Shown: positions 19,118 to 28,567 of the stretch, piece after piece
Numbering within the stretch: the first letter of the stretch is position 1
Layout of the letters: every line of letters begins with the position of its first letter
Virus genome (UHGV): UHGV-1350217
DNA: 64,000 bases
From: a virus
Strand: one strand, 5' to 3'
The notes under the pieces: generated by a model
What the model was told of the DNA's origin: nothing
Database searches by the model: none
The model's input: only the letters and a program-made list of their open reading frames with translations
Translations under genes and position numbers: made by a program

Positions 19118-19234
19118 TCCTTTCCCTTTCTATACGTTTTTTAGTATTATCTATAAACTCATAAAATTTATAAGAGTAATAAACACCACGAACAATCCAG
19201 AAAAGCACCATAAATACTAATAATACTTCAAATA

Positions 19235-20020
19235 TCATTCTATGCCTTCTACTGTATATAGTTCACTAAGAATATCTTTATAAGTCTCTAGTAATGTCTC
19301 TTTAACAAACATAAACTTAATACCACTAATAAGCTTCTTATCTAGTTTATGCTTCTTTACTAAAGCTTCTAGATAGTCTTTAATCTCAGCTACTGTCATA
19401 GACATAAACTTAACCCTATTTACTAGTCCTGGAATATCTTTTAAGTCATCTAAAATAGCTTCTAATTCTCCATAATCATCTTCTGGCTCTAGAGTATGTT
19501 CTGTATGATAAAAACCATAACCAGGAGTACTTCTATAAGCAGGATATACATAAGTCTTAGTATCTAGGTTTTCATCAAAGATACAATCAGTATCTGGTTC
19601 ATAATCTATAGTATTCCATAATTTAGTTAGATTATCAATGAAGTTATTATCTAAGATACTGTCATCAAAGCCATTATAGACTATATAAGGATTACCTTCT
19701 ATGAACTTAGGCTTTATATCTAGTATCTTTTCAGCTTCATTAGGTTCAATAGACATATCATTATCTTTAACTATGGCTATACACTTACCTTTACTATAGG
19801 TCATAGTATCTCCAACTAAAGTAGCTAATCTAGCCTCTGTATGCTTTAGCTCTACTCTACCACTATGATGGTCTACAATAGAGCTAACTGATACTATATT
19901 CTCACCACTAGCTAATGGAAATACTATTCCAGGTTTAGTTAGGCTAGTATTTAAATCAGTACCACTAAAGGACTGACCATCTACTTGGTCTACACTATTT
20001 GTCTTTAGGTATTTTCGCAT
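19235..20020 (-). CDS. hypothetical protein
   Basis: ORF; ATGA overlap with a possible 47-aa TM ORF at 19095..19238. Confidence 0.45.
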   Translation of the reverse strand: MRKYLKTNSVDQVDGQSFSGTDLNTSLTKPGIVFPLASGENIVSVSSIVDHHSGRVELKHTEARLATLVGDTMTYSKGKCIAIVKDNDMSIEPNEAEKILDIKPKFIEGNPYIVYNGFDDSILDNNFIDNLTKLWNTIDYEPDTDCIFDENLDTKTYVYPAYRSTPGYGFYHTEHTLEPEDDYGELEAILDDLKDIPGLVNRVKFMSMTVAEIKDYLEALVKKHKLDKKLISGIKFMFVKETLLETYKDILSELYTVEGIE

Positions 20021-20549
20021 TTAATATCCTCTCTGCTAATTGCTTTAATTCAAGGTCTTTCTTAGCTTCTGATATGATTTCTTGAGTAGACTTTCTAAAA
20101 TCCCATAGAAAGTCTTTAAAATCTGATTCCCATAAAGCTCTAACTCTTTGGTCTTTAGTCTTAGACTTCTCAGCTTCCTCTAGGTCTAAGAATACTGCAT
20201 AGATATTATCTTTATCGTGAAGTATATATGCTAAGGGTTCAGTTCCTTTATAGACTATAAATACTCTTATAGTATTATCCTCAGAACCTATGAAAAAATC
20301 TAGTTTAATTCTAAAGTTATCAGATACTATAGAATCTAATCTAGATATTAAATCCTTTCTAAGGTTATCTATCTGTTTAATAGATATATCTTTGATAACT
20401 ATAGCCCTTAGACCAAAATGATATTCTGTCATATCTTTATTCATAGTTAAATTGTCTACTTGACTAGTTTTAGTATCAATAATATCTGATAGAGACATAG
20501 TCCAATCTAGGAAAGCCCCATAGACTTTATCTATTTTATCTACATACAT
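19995..20549 (-). CDS. hypothetical protein
   Basis: ORF. Confidence 0.45.
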   Translation of the reverse strand: MYVDKIDKVYGAFLDWTMSLSDIIDTKTSQVDNLTMNKDMTEYHFGLRAIVIKDISIKQIDNLRKDLISRLDSIVSDNFRIKLDFFIGSEDNTIRVFIVYKGTEPLAYILHDKDNIYAVFLDLEEAEKSKTKDQRVRALWESDFKDFLWDFRKSTQEIISEAKKDLELKQLAERILNAKIPKDK

Positions 20550-20557
20550 ATTAACTC

Positions 20558-20956
20558 CTATGGATGTTTATGGAGAGTATTTAATGGAACTGACTTAAAC
20601 TCATAATCTTTGAAGTATTGCTTTAAGATAGGTATAAGCTCTTGTACTTTCATATTATGAAGCTCTTTTACCTCATCAGATACTTTCTCTACATCTGCTA
20701 GATTAAAATCTACAGTAGTACTAGATACTTCCTGAGGATAGTTATAAAATACAGTTGGGATTTGAATGCAAAACTTAGAACCATCTTTAAAGGTCTTTTC
20801 TAAGTGTAATGCCCAATAATGTACCTGATATTCGTTAGAACTAGCCAACTCTCCTGAATTAACTCTAATAGCTTCTAGAGACTTCTGAGTCCATAGAGTG
20901 ATGTTTACTACTTTACCATTAGAGTAATCTACTATTCTTTTTACTAATGAATCCAT
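20558..20956 (-). CDS. hypothetical protein
   Basis: ORF. Confidence 0.45.
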   Translation of the reverse strand: MDSLVKRIVDYSNGKVVNITLWTQKSLEAIRVNSGELASSNEYQVHYWALHLEKTFKDGSKFCIQIPTVFYNYPQEVSSTTVDFNLADVEKVSDEVKELHNMKVQELIPILKQYFKDYEFKSVPLNTLHKHP

Positions 20957-22131
20957 CCTACTTCCTTATATAATTTAAGTGTATTCTCTATACATACTTT
21001 AGTCCATATTTTCCATTCTGGATGCAAGATAGTATGAGAATAAGCACTATTAGCGTTAGAGATATTAAGAGTTAATAAACCCTCTCTAGTTGTGTTATCA
21101 AAATCTCCAGTACATACAGCATTACTACCTCTACCTATATTATTACTCATCATAGGAGTCATATGGGTATAACCTTTAACTCCTCTTGTAGTTAAGTATC
21201 TTTGTATTTGAGCTACTCCATAATATGGAACTACAAAGCCATTAGATAGCATCTGTAAAGGAATATAGACATTCATCTCTGGATTCTCTATAGTCTCTTT
21301 ATCAGTGTAATATATATAAGCATTCTTTACTTGCTTTAATAATTTATCAAATAGGTAATTTAATGGAGCTAAATCTATAGGTTCATTCAGTATAGTTGCC
21401 AAATTAGAAGGAACACCTAGATAGTTATTAAGAGCGTCTCCAAGCATATCTCTAAGTGTATTATTACCTACTTTAGTATTATTTTCAAAGCAAGCTTTTT
21501 TTAGATTTGTAACTCTATCCTCATAAAGACTTAAAATCTCATAATAAAGTTTATTAAGTCTTTCTACAACATCAGAAGCTATATTTTCATCATAAGGTTT
21601 ACTTAGAGAGTAAATACTAGCTATATATTTTCTATCAGTAAAAGTATTCATAGATATTAAAGACATAGCTACCATAGGATGAAGTGGATTAAACACTTTA
21701 CCATTTTCTGTATCTTTAATTAATACTCCATATAAAGTACTTTTATCTAAGTTATTTACTTCCTCTAGGATTCTATTAATACTAGACGTAGTAGTGATAT
21801 TAACTATCTTAGAATCTAATGCTTTATTATTGTCAAGTAAAACATTATCATTTACTAAATCACTCATATCCTCTGTATAATACTTTGGATATTCTATCCA
21901 TCTACCTGCTTTTTCTACATTAAGCCATAAGATTTCATAATTGGTATTAATAGGTAATAGATTCTGAAACAGCTCTTTAGTTCTATCATCTAAACAGTCA
22001 TAACTAGGTAAACTACCAGTACTATTATAGATAAAAGAGACTGTTTTATATAAAAGCTCTATCTTATCTTTAAACATCTCTCGGACTTTATCTAGATATG
22101 AATTAAGAAACACATTCTCTACGATTGTCAT
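20944..22131 (-). CDS. hypothetical protein (395 aa)
   Basis: ORF. Confidence 0.45.
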   Translation of the reverse strand: MTIVENVFLNSYLDKVREMFKDKIELLYKTVSFIYNSTGSLPSYDCLDDRTKELFQNLLPINTNYEILWLNVEKAGRWIEYPKYYTEDMSDLVNDNVLLDNNKALDSKIVNITTTSSINRILEEVNNLDKSTLYGVLIKDTENGKVFNPLHPMVAMSLISMNTFTDRKYIASIYSLSKPYDENIASDVVERLNKLYYEILSLYEDRVTNLKKACFENNTKVGNNTLRDMLGDALNNYLGVPSNLATILNEPIDLAPLNYLFDKLLKQVKNAYIYYTDKETIENPEMNVYIPLQMLSNGFVVPYYGVAQIQRYLTTRGVKGYTHMTPMMSNNIGRGSNAVCTGDFDNTTREGLLTLNISNANSAYSHTILHPEWKIWTKVCIENTLKLYKEVGWIH

Positions 22132-23321
22132 CGTTGCAACTCCTCTAGTGGAAATGTTATATCAGTACTATAATCATTAGTAGTTCCAGTAAAGTTTAGA
22201 CTAGCTGTATCTAGAGTTTTATCGAATAACACTTCATTAGACGCTTCATCTAGGTTATCTCTAGTAGCTAGTATCTTAATAAACTCTACAGTAGCTACTA
22301 GACAATTCATAAAGAACTGAGCTAGTTTAATACTTCCATAAGTCTCTACTTGACTAGCTGTATTAGCTATAGGCTTAGCAATAATAGATACATTATCATT
22401 CTGATGCAATAAAGCTAAGAATCGTAAGTATTTTTTAGCAAATATTTGCCTAGTCTCAAAATCTGGAGCACCTATATACACACAGTGATAAGGGTCTAGA
22501 TTTTTGTGATTTATATGTAGAAACTCATTAAGTCTAAAGTAGTTATTATGTAGCCTTAAAGAAGTACTAGCTAATGAAACTAATTTACCTCTGTTAATTA
22601 AACTTAATTTCCCTATAATTAGTCTAGTATTATTACTTCTATTTATAATTGAATTATCAGTAAATAGACTAAAAGATTCAGCAGTATTAAGTCTTAGCAT
22701 ATTATTAGCTTCTAATGTTTCTTGTTCAAAAATACTGATAGAGTGAAAGATATTATTCATATTTAATATCTCACATAGTTCTATTAGATTCTCAAAGACA
22801 TTACACATCATACCTCCATAACCTATAGAGACAATGTCTAGCTTCTTTTTCTTGACTGCTAGTAAGTCTTTTTTAATGTCTTTAAGGTTATAACCTAGAT
22901 TCTTTAGCTGTTGCTCTAATGGTATTCTCTTTAGTCTTAGCCATCTTTCAAAGAATCTACTAAGAGTAAAGTCTTTAGTTCTGAATCTCTCTACATATGA
23001 AGTCATATCAGCTAATATATTGCTTTGATATCCTAAGTCTCTAGAGAATATATAAGGTACATAATTATCTAGTAGCAATTTCTTATTCTTTTTATTAAAG
23101 ACACTATATTTATCCTTCGGAGCAATGAAAGCATATCTAGTGATAAAACTCATAGATAGATGCTTATTTAGATTATCATCAGAATATCTCTTATTGTTAT
23201 TTATAATAGAGCTTAAATCAACAGTATTTTGAGTTCTCTCTTTTAGACTATTATCAGTTAAATCTTTAGTAGCGTTAGAACATAGAATACCCAACTTATA
23301 TTTATAGTCGTTTATAGTCAT
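22128..23321 (-). CDS. hypothetical protein with a possible Rossmann/ThiF-E1-like nucleotide-binding segment
   Basis: IVSIGYGGMMCNVFENL...ANNMLRL loosely resembles the E1/ThiF GxGGxG...SNLNRQ region. Weak. Confidence 0.4.
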   Translation of the reverse strand: MTINDYKYKLGILCSNATKDLTDNSLKERTQNTVDLSSIINNNKRYSDDNLNKHLSMSFITRYAFIAPKDKYSVFNKKNKKLLLDNYVPYIFSRDLGYQSNILADMTSYVERFRTKDFTLSRFFERWLRLKRIPLEQQLKNLGYNLKDIKKDLLAVKKKKLDIVSIGYGGMMCNVFENLIELCEILNMNNIFHSISIFEQETLEANNMLRLNTAESFSLFTDNSIINRSNNTRLIIGKLSLINRGKLVSLASTSLRLHNNYFRLNEFLHINHKNLDPYHCVYIGAPDFETRQIFAKKYLRFLALLHQNDNVSIIAKPIANTASQVETYGSIKLAQFFMNCLVATVEFIKILATRDNLDEASNEVLFDKTLDTASLNFTGTTNDYSTDITFPLEELQR

Positions 23322-23340
23322 TTTACTTCCTATATTAAAT

Positions 23341-23360
23341 TAGGGCTATTTCTAGCCCTA
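23341..23360 (-). promoter_or_regulatory. TAGGGCTA-TTTC-TAGCCCTA perfect hairpin 15 nt upstream of the RBS of gene 22128..23321
   Basis: 8-bp stem, 4-nt loop, GC-rich for this genome. Confidence 0.35.
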
Positions 23361-23364
23361 TGAT

Positions 23365-23525
23365 TATTTGCCACTACCAGCAGCAACTTTAAGAGTAGTG
23401 ATATCTACCTCGTCTACTTGAACGTCATCATCATCTGTAGATTCATCAGTAGAGTTATTATTACTCTCAGCTTGCCTAGTAGCTTGCTCAGCTTTCCTTT
23501 GGTCGATAATTTCTTGAATAGTCAT
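23365..23525 (-). CDS. small acidic protein (53 aa)
   Basis: Not in the ORF track because it is under 60 aa. AGGAGG lies 5 nt before the ATG. Sequence MTIQEIIDQRKAEQATRQAESNNNSTDESTDDDDVQVDEVDITTLKVAAGSGK. Confidence 0.4.
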
Positions 23526-23981
23526 TTAGTCCTCCTTTTTAAAAATAGTGATATCAAAAGTGTTTGGCTTGTCAGACTTTCTATCAATTTTAGTCTCTCC
23601 ACTAGTAGCTAGAATGTTATCATCTTTTGCTAATAGGTTTGTAAACTCATTCATAGCTATCTGACCTATCTTAGCTATTTTAAGAGCTGTTGGGTCATTA
23701 TCAGTTGAGATTCTAATTACGGTCTTTTTAGTTTTAATATTAGGGAAGTCTGAGTAGACTTTTTCAAAGTCTTGATTAATGATAGTAATTAAACTATCTC
23801 CCTGCTTCATAGCCCACTCTGCTGCTTCCTCAACTGTATCGAAGCTAGCATTAGGCTTAGTATCCTTATCAATGCTAGATGCATTGATATAACCTTTATA
23901 AGCTTTAGTAGTATTTTCTTTGCTATCATCTTTCTTTAAAGTCTCAAGCAATTTTGCTAGAAGTTCCTCCGCTTTTTTCAT
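23526..23981 (-). CDS. hypothetical protein
   Basis: ORF. Confidence 0.45.
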   Translation of the reverse strand: MKKAEELLAKLLETLKKDDSKENTTKAYKGYINASSIDKDTKPNASFDTVEEAAEWAMKQGDSLITIINQDFEKVYSDFPNIKTKKTVIRISTDNDPTALKIAKIGQIAMNEFTNLLAKDDNILATSGETKIDRKSDKPNTFDITIFKKED

Positions 23982-24023
23982 AAATGTCCTTTTTCATTTG
24001 CAAATAAAAATAATCAAGATGGT

Positions 24024-24731
24024 CTATTCACCATCACCTACTAGTACAACCTCCTTTCTCTGTAAGATATCTATATTACAATCTAGTAGTTCTAATAGAT
24101 AAGTCTTTAATTTATTACTAGCTATATTTAATAAACTCTTAGAATTAAGCTTTACTTTTAGATTATCTGTTAATTGAATTATCTGATAATCTAAGCTATC
24201 AGTCTTATCTGTAATTACTAGAGTTATATTAGGAGTGTCTAGTTTTATATTAGAGTCTAATGTAATCTCTAGATTCTCTATATTAAATACAGCTCTATCA
24301 TCTAGAAACTTTTCTTGAATATATTTAAAAGTCTGAATAAATAGAAATAGCTGTAAAATTAGAGATTCGGGATTCTGAATATTTAAAAGTTCATTTGCTG
24401 TAGTTCTGTTGATAAAATAATAGCATCTATTTATACTTGAAAATAAACTACTATTTATAGCATTATATAAAATCTCATCACCATTACCTATAAAAAAGCG
24501 TCTATTTAATAAATTTACTTCTCCTTTAAATCTAGCAATATTTTCAGCTGTATTATCAGTAGCTATTATAGCTACTAGATTATAGTGGTTACATAAATCC
24601 TTAGTTATATTTATAGTAGTATTTGCAAGACTACCTTCTAATCTATTATACTTCTCTAAGATATACTTTCTAGTCTTTATCAATAGCTCTAACTTCTCTA
24701 GTAATTCTCCATAGTATTCCATTAAAGTCAT
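24024..24731 (-). CDS. hypothetical protein
   Basis: ORF. Confidence 0.45.
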   Translation of the reverse strand: MTLMEYYGELLEKLELLIKTRKYILEKYNRLEGSLANTTINITKDLCNHYNLVAIIATDNTAENIARFKGEVNLLNRRFFIGNGDEILYNAINSSLFSSINRCYYFINRTTANELLNIQNPESLILQLFLFIQTFKYIQEKFLDDRAVFNIENLEITLDSNIKLDTPNITLVITDKTDSLDYQIIQLTDNLKVKLNSKSLLNIASNKLKTYLLELLDCNIDILQRKEVVLVGDGE

Positions 24732-24741
24732 TTTATAGCCT

Positions 24742-25203
24742 TTAATATAACTGCGATAACTGATTAGATAAATACTTTACTTTTGTTGGAAAGAAGTATC
24801 TTTCTATGTCAGATAGTCTATTACGAGCTTTAGAGATATTAATATCTCCTATGACTATAACTACTGTAGAACCATACTCATCCTCTTTATCCGTAATAGC
24901 TAATGTTGAATATTTATTATCCGTAACTCTATTACTCAATATAGCTATTTTAAACCCTACAGACTTATAGTAAGTTATTACTATTACTTCTATATCTTTG
25001 TCATCCATTATCATTATAAAGTTATAGAAGTAGTTAAGTAAATCAGCAGACAATGCTCCTGATACTTCTTTATTATCATAGTCTTTAAAGTAATGAACTT
25101 CATTTCTATTTTTAGCATCTATCTCTAGATACATCTCTTTTATACATCTTGGTATAAGAATTTGGTCTTTAAAATCCATCAATATATCTACTATACTTTT
25201 CAT
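24742..25203 (-). CDS. hypothetical protein
   Basis: ORF. Confidence 0.45.
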   Translation of the reverse strand: MKSIVDILMDFKDQILIPRCIKEMYLEIDAKNRNEVHYFKDYDNKEVSGALSADLLNYFYNFIMIMDDKDIEVIVITYYKSVGFKIAILSNRVTDNKYSTLAITDKEDEYGSTVVIVIGDINISKARNRLSDIERYFFPTKVKYLSNQLSQLY

Positions 25204-25559
25204 TTCTTTATCTCCTCGGTAAACTCTATATAACCTACTTTTAATATAACTATATCATTCACTAATTCTATAGATATAGATACATTAAAGTCTATACTCA
25301 CATACTCTAAAGCGTAATTTGCTATGTTCCATAAAGAGAGAATTATACTAGGGTATTCTAGTGCTAAAGCCCAATTATCTATTATCTTAAACATATCAGT
25401 ATAAATAATATCGTCAAACTTTAGTTTAAACTCAAATTGCTTATTACCCTTAACTGACTTAATAGTAATGAATTGAACATCTTTTAAGAAGTTAAAATGA
25501 AAATCCTCAACTCTCTTTTTAAACCTAGCCTCTATGATTTGCATATCATCCATAGTCAT
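25200..25559 (-). CDS. hypothetical protein
   Basis: ORF. Confidence 0.45.
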   Translation of the reverse strand: MTMDDMQIIEARFKKRVEDFHFNFLKDVQFITIKSVKGNKQFEFKLKFDDIIYTDMFKIIDNWALALEYPSIILSLWNIANYALEYVSIDFNVSISIELVNDIVILKVGYIEFTEEIKK

Positions 25560-25942
25560 CTCTTTAATTCCTTTTCTAGCTGTACTATATGGTCTATAGT
25601 TAAGACTATCTTATTCTTATCAAATAAAACAGAAAAATCTAAAGTAATATCATTAAGATGTATCTTATCTATGACCACATAAGAGTTCATAAATAAATCC
25701 CATAGATTTAATACATCTTTAGCTATATCTCTGTCATAGTTCTCTAGGATGTCTACAACACTATGATAGGTGTATTTACCTGTATGAGGGATTAAAGTTG
25801 TAACTCTCTCTTTATTAAATACCCTTAGATTTATAGACTTCACAAGGTTATACTCAGTATTGCTGGATACAATCTCACGTATCTTTGGTATATGCTCTTT
25901 GAACTTATTAATCATCCAATATAAATCACCCTCTGTCAGCAT
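25556..25942 (-). CDS. hypothetical protein
   Basis: ORF. Confidence 0.45.
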   Translation of the reverse strand: MLTEGDLYWMINKFKEHIPKIREIVSSNTEYNLVKSINLRVFNKERVTTLIPHTGKYTYHSVVDILENYDRDIAKDVLNLWDLFMNSYVVIDKIHLNDITLDFSVLFDKNKIVLTIDHIVQLEKELKR

Positions 25943-26013
25943 CTATATACTCCTTATAGAAAAAATTAAAGTGTCTAAGGGAATACACCCTAGACAATTT
26001 ACACTTCACAAGA

Positions 26014-26027
26014 GACGCCGAAGGCGC
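26014..26027 (-). promoter_or_regulatory. GC-rich mini-hairpin CGCC-GAA-GGCG; candidate hairpin promoter of the N4 virion-RNAP type, or a terminator at the end of the RNAP gene
   Basis: 4-bp GC stem with a 3-nt GAA loop in a very AT-rich 210-bp intergenic spacer, between the RNAP gene and the next operon. Confidence 0.3.
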
Positions 26028-26152
26028 TAACAATGTGATACTTATTTAAAAGCAAAATAAAGCTCTACAATTGATTGTAATGTCTAGATAGTATCTTTAT
26101 ACTACTAAACTATTATCGTCGATTATAGAGCTTGCTAGATATGTCTATGAGG

Positions 26153-28015
26153 CTAACAGATATAATAGCCATCTATGTTGTTTCTAATGGCTTGATATAT
26201 ATCCTCATTATAATTGCTCACTATGCCTGTTAGGTCAATATCCTTATCGGTTACTTGCTTTAGGATACTCTCTAGGATAGGCTCTTTATACAACCTAGCT
26301 AGTGTGTATCTATAGCACTTTCTCAATTCCTCGCAGTCATTGGCATATACACCAAATGAATCGTGAATTGGACTGACTACTATACCTCTCTCCCTTAGCA
26401 TAGTAATCACTTGCCTACATACCCAAGCATCTAAGCTGTGTACCAAATTTACTGCTAGACTTCTCCAGTTATCTTTAGATGCTTCATTATCCTCACACCT
26501 AATGTTGAAGCTAGGATACTTGATACTCTTATCAAGCTCCTTTACTTCTATCTTGTGAATCTTTGTAACTAGACTTGGAACATATGCATAATGTCCATCA
26601 GGTAATCTCCAACTATGATATAACTTAGGCTCATATAGACTATTGATATACTCCTTTAGTCTTATAGGACCACTAGCTAGTTCCTCTATGGCTTGTTCAA
26701 ACACTCCATAGTAGTTACCTAGCATTGTCTTAGGGGTAGCTACTGAGTTGTAGCCAGAAGTCATAATGCTAGCCTTTATGACATCTCTAGGCTTTGCTAA
26801 GTCTAGCTCTTTAGCCTTAGCCTCTAGCCAAGCATCTAAGTCATCTCTATCTCTAGGCTGTACTAGCTCTCTGACTCTATCATACACTAGGCTATAGAAG
26901 TCTTGTCTCTTAGTATTGCCTAATACATTCAATTTCTCCATAGCTTTCTCATCTCTAGTGATGACACTCATCAGCTGATAGCCACTAGCTGTAGCGTCTA
27001 GTCTGACTATCTGTCTAGACTTTCCAGTCTGTAAATAGTGCTTATACTCCTTGACTGCTTGTTTAAACAATAACTTATCACTAGCTGTATTAGTTAATTC
27101 CTCTAGACCTTTATCATCTAACAACTTCTCTAGGTTACTTCTACTCCATTGTAGTCTAGTCTCCCAGTTAGACTTGTCTAGACCATAGGCATTAGCTATA
27201 TCAATCAATAGCCATTCATTGCCTCTAGCATTGACTTCTCTATGCTGGTAGAATCTAAGCAGAGCTTTACCATATTCATTGGCTTGAACATTTATGCAGT
27301 AGCCTTTGCTATATATCCTTCCTCTCTTATCATAGTTCCATTCAAAGTAGAATGGTCTAGTAGAATACTCCTTAGCCATATCTCTTAGCTTAGTGTTAAA
27401 CTTGCTAATACCTTCACTACGATTGGTATCGTCTAGTGTACTATTGATGAAGTCTAGGTCTAGACTATAGGCTACACTAGAGAGATACTCTAGTACATCT
27501 AGGTTAATGCTAGAGTTATCGCTCAAAGCTAAGTGTTGATTAGCCTTATGTCCTAGTATATGTTCACTAGGGTCTGAATACTCTAGTGGTATTATGCTAG
27601 GTCTAAGGTCATAGTCCAATGGTAAGTCAGTCTCTAGTAATCCTTCTGCTATTAAATCAGCATTAGGCTTGACTAGATATGACATACTTCCCTTATCATT
27701 AGGGATACGATTAATATCGTATAGTCCGCAGTGCTGTAGCACTCCTAGTACTAAAGCACCTAGTTGTATATCCCATATCACTGACTTATCTTTGCTAGTG
27801 TAAATCATACCAGCTATGGACTGTAATACACCTCCATCTAATGGTAGAGTAGAGATAGCTTTGAATACTCTTTCTACTAGGTATTCAGGCATAGACTCTA
27901 TTATTTCTACCTGTTCATCTCTAGTAGTCCATCTGGATTTACTAGAGGAATAGCCTAGTATATATTGCTCTAAGGTTTTATACATACTAGACTTAATGAG
28001 TTCTAGTTTGTCCAT
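26153..28015 (-). CDS. single-subunit T7-like DNA-dependent RNA polymerase, N-terminally truncated mini form (N4 RNAPII-like, but as one polypeptide)
   Basis: DxxGR motif YDKRGRIY, motif A RLDATASGYQLMSVITRDE, motif B RDVIKASIMTSGYNS, motif C SPIHDSFGV. At 620 aa it is far shorter than the 883-aa T7 enzyme. Confidence 0.85.
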   Translation of the reverse strand: MDKLELIKSSMYKTLEQYILGYSSSKSRWTTRDEQVEIIESMPEYLVERVFKAISTLPLDGGVLQSIAGMIYTSKDKSVIWDIQLGALVLGVLQHCGLYDINRIPNDKGSMSYLVKPNADLIAEGLLETDLPLDYDLRPSIIPLEYSDPSEHILGHKANQHLALSDNSSINLDVLEYLSSVAYSLDLDFINSTLDDTNRSEGISKFNTKLRDMAKEYSTRPFYFEWNYDKRGRIYSKGYCINVQANEYGKALLRFYQHREVNARGNEWLLIDIANAYGLDKSNWETRLQWSRSNLEKLLDDKGLEELTNTASDKLLFKQAVKEYKHYLQTGKSRQIVRLDATASGYQLMSVITRDEKAMEKLNVLGNTKRQDFYSLVYDRVRELVQPRDRDDLDAWLEAKAKELDLAKPRDVIKASIMTSGYNSVATPKTMLGNYYGVFEQAIEELASGPIRLKEYINSLYEPKLYHSWRLPDGHYAYVPSLVTKIHKIEVKELDKSIKYPSFNIRCEDNEASKDNWRSLAVNLVHSLDAWVCRQVITMLRERGIVVSPIHDSFGVYANDCEELRKCYRYTLARLYKEPILESILKQVTDKDIDLTGIVSNYNEDIYQAIRNNIDGYYIC

Positions 28016-28016
28016 C

Positions 28017-28301
28017 TTAGTAGTTCTCCATTGTTATCTTTATATTCTCATCCTCTTGCTTTTCTGCTAGTATATAGAACTTACTATCTGATTTATGTAT
28101 ATTCTTGATAATCTTATTTAGTTCCTCTAATGTTGCTTTCAATGGATACTTTAATTTATCTAGATACAATGTATATCTACCAATATCTAGCTTATCAAAG
28201 TTTCCTTTAGCAGTATAGTAAAGTCTGCAATAATCACTAGCATAAGACTGCATAATACTTCTCATAAATCCTTCAACTAATAATTCAATAACACTTTGCA
28301 T
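28017..28301 (-). CDS. hypothetical early protein
   Basis: ORF abutting the RNAP start. Confidence 0.45.
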   Translation of the reverse strand: MQSVIELLVEGFMRSIMQSYASDYCRLYYTAKGNFDKLDIGRYTLYLDKLKYPLKATLEELNKIIKNIHKSDSKFYILAEKQEDENIKITMENY

Positions 28302-28345
28302 TTCATACTCCTTTAATGCTTGTCAATATTAGTCTACACAGACAA

Positions 28346-28567
28346 CTAGTTATTATCTCTCCACATTAGAGTTAGCCAGTCTTTTATATCACTAGCTAGT
28401 TCTCTAAACTCTATACCACTCTTGCCATAGAATGCTAGATTGTATGGAGCTACTAATAGTACATACATTATGAATATTAGTACTCCAATAGGAAATAGTA
28501 CACCTATGGATAGCAGAGCTACCCATAGTTTGCATATTAGTTTAATCATCTTTATATTCCTCCTCAT
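28346..28567 (-). CDS. small membrane protein
   Basis: Two hydrophobic helices: LICKLWVALLSIGVLFPIGVLIFIMYVLLVAPY. Confidence 0.4.
   Translation of the reverse strand: MRRNIKMIKLICKLWVALLSIGVLFPIGVLIFIMYVLLVAPYNLAFYGKSGIEFRELASDIKDWLTLMWRDNN

Noticed and set aside
19095-19238. 47-aa TM ORF with an ATGA overlap to gene 19235..20020.
   Set aside because: It is plausible as translationally coupled, but it is below the size where composition can support it and it overlaps the start of 18932..19117. Left unannotated.
26153-28015. Higher GC (~40%) of the RNAP gene as evidence of recent horizontal acquisition.
   Set aside because: The major capsid gene and other highly expressed or conserved genes show similar GC (~38%). 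The difference therefore reflects coding constraint rather than foreign origin.
28297-28325. TTGACA -35-like hexamer (minus-sense) upstream of gene 28017..28301.
   Set aside because: There is no acceptable -10 element at 16-18 bp spacing, and the host and its promoter consensus are unknown.
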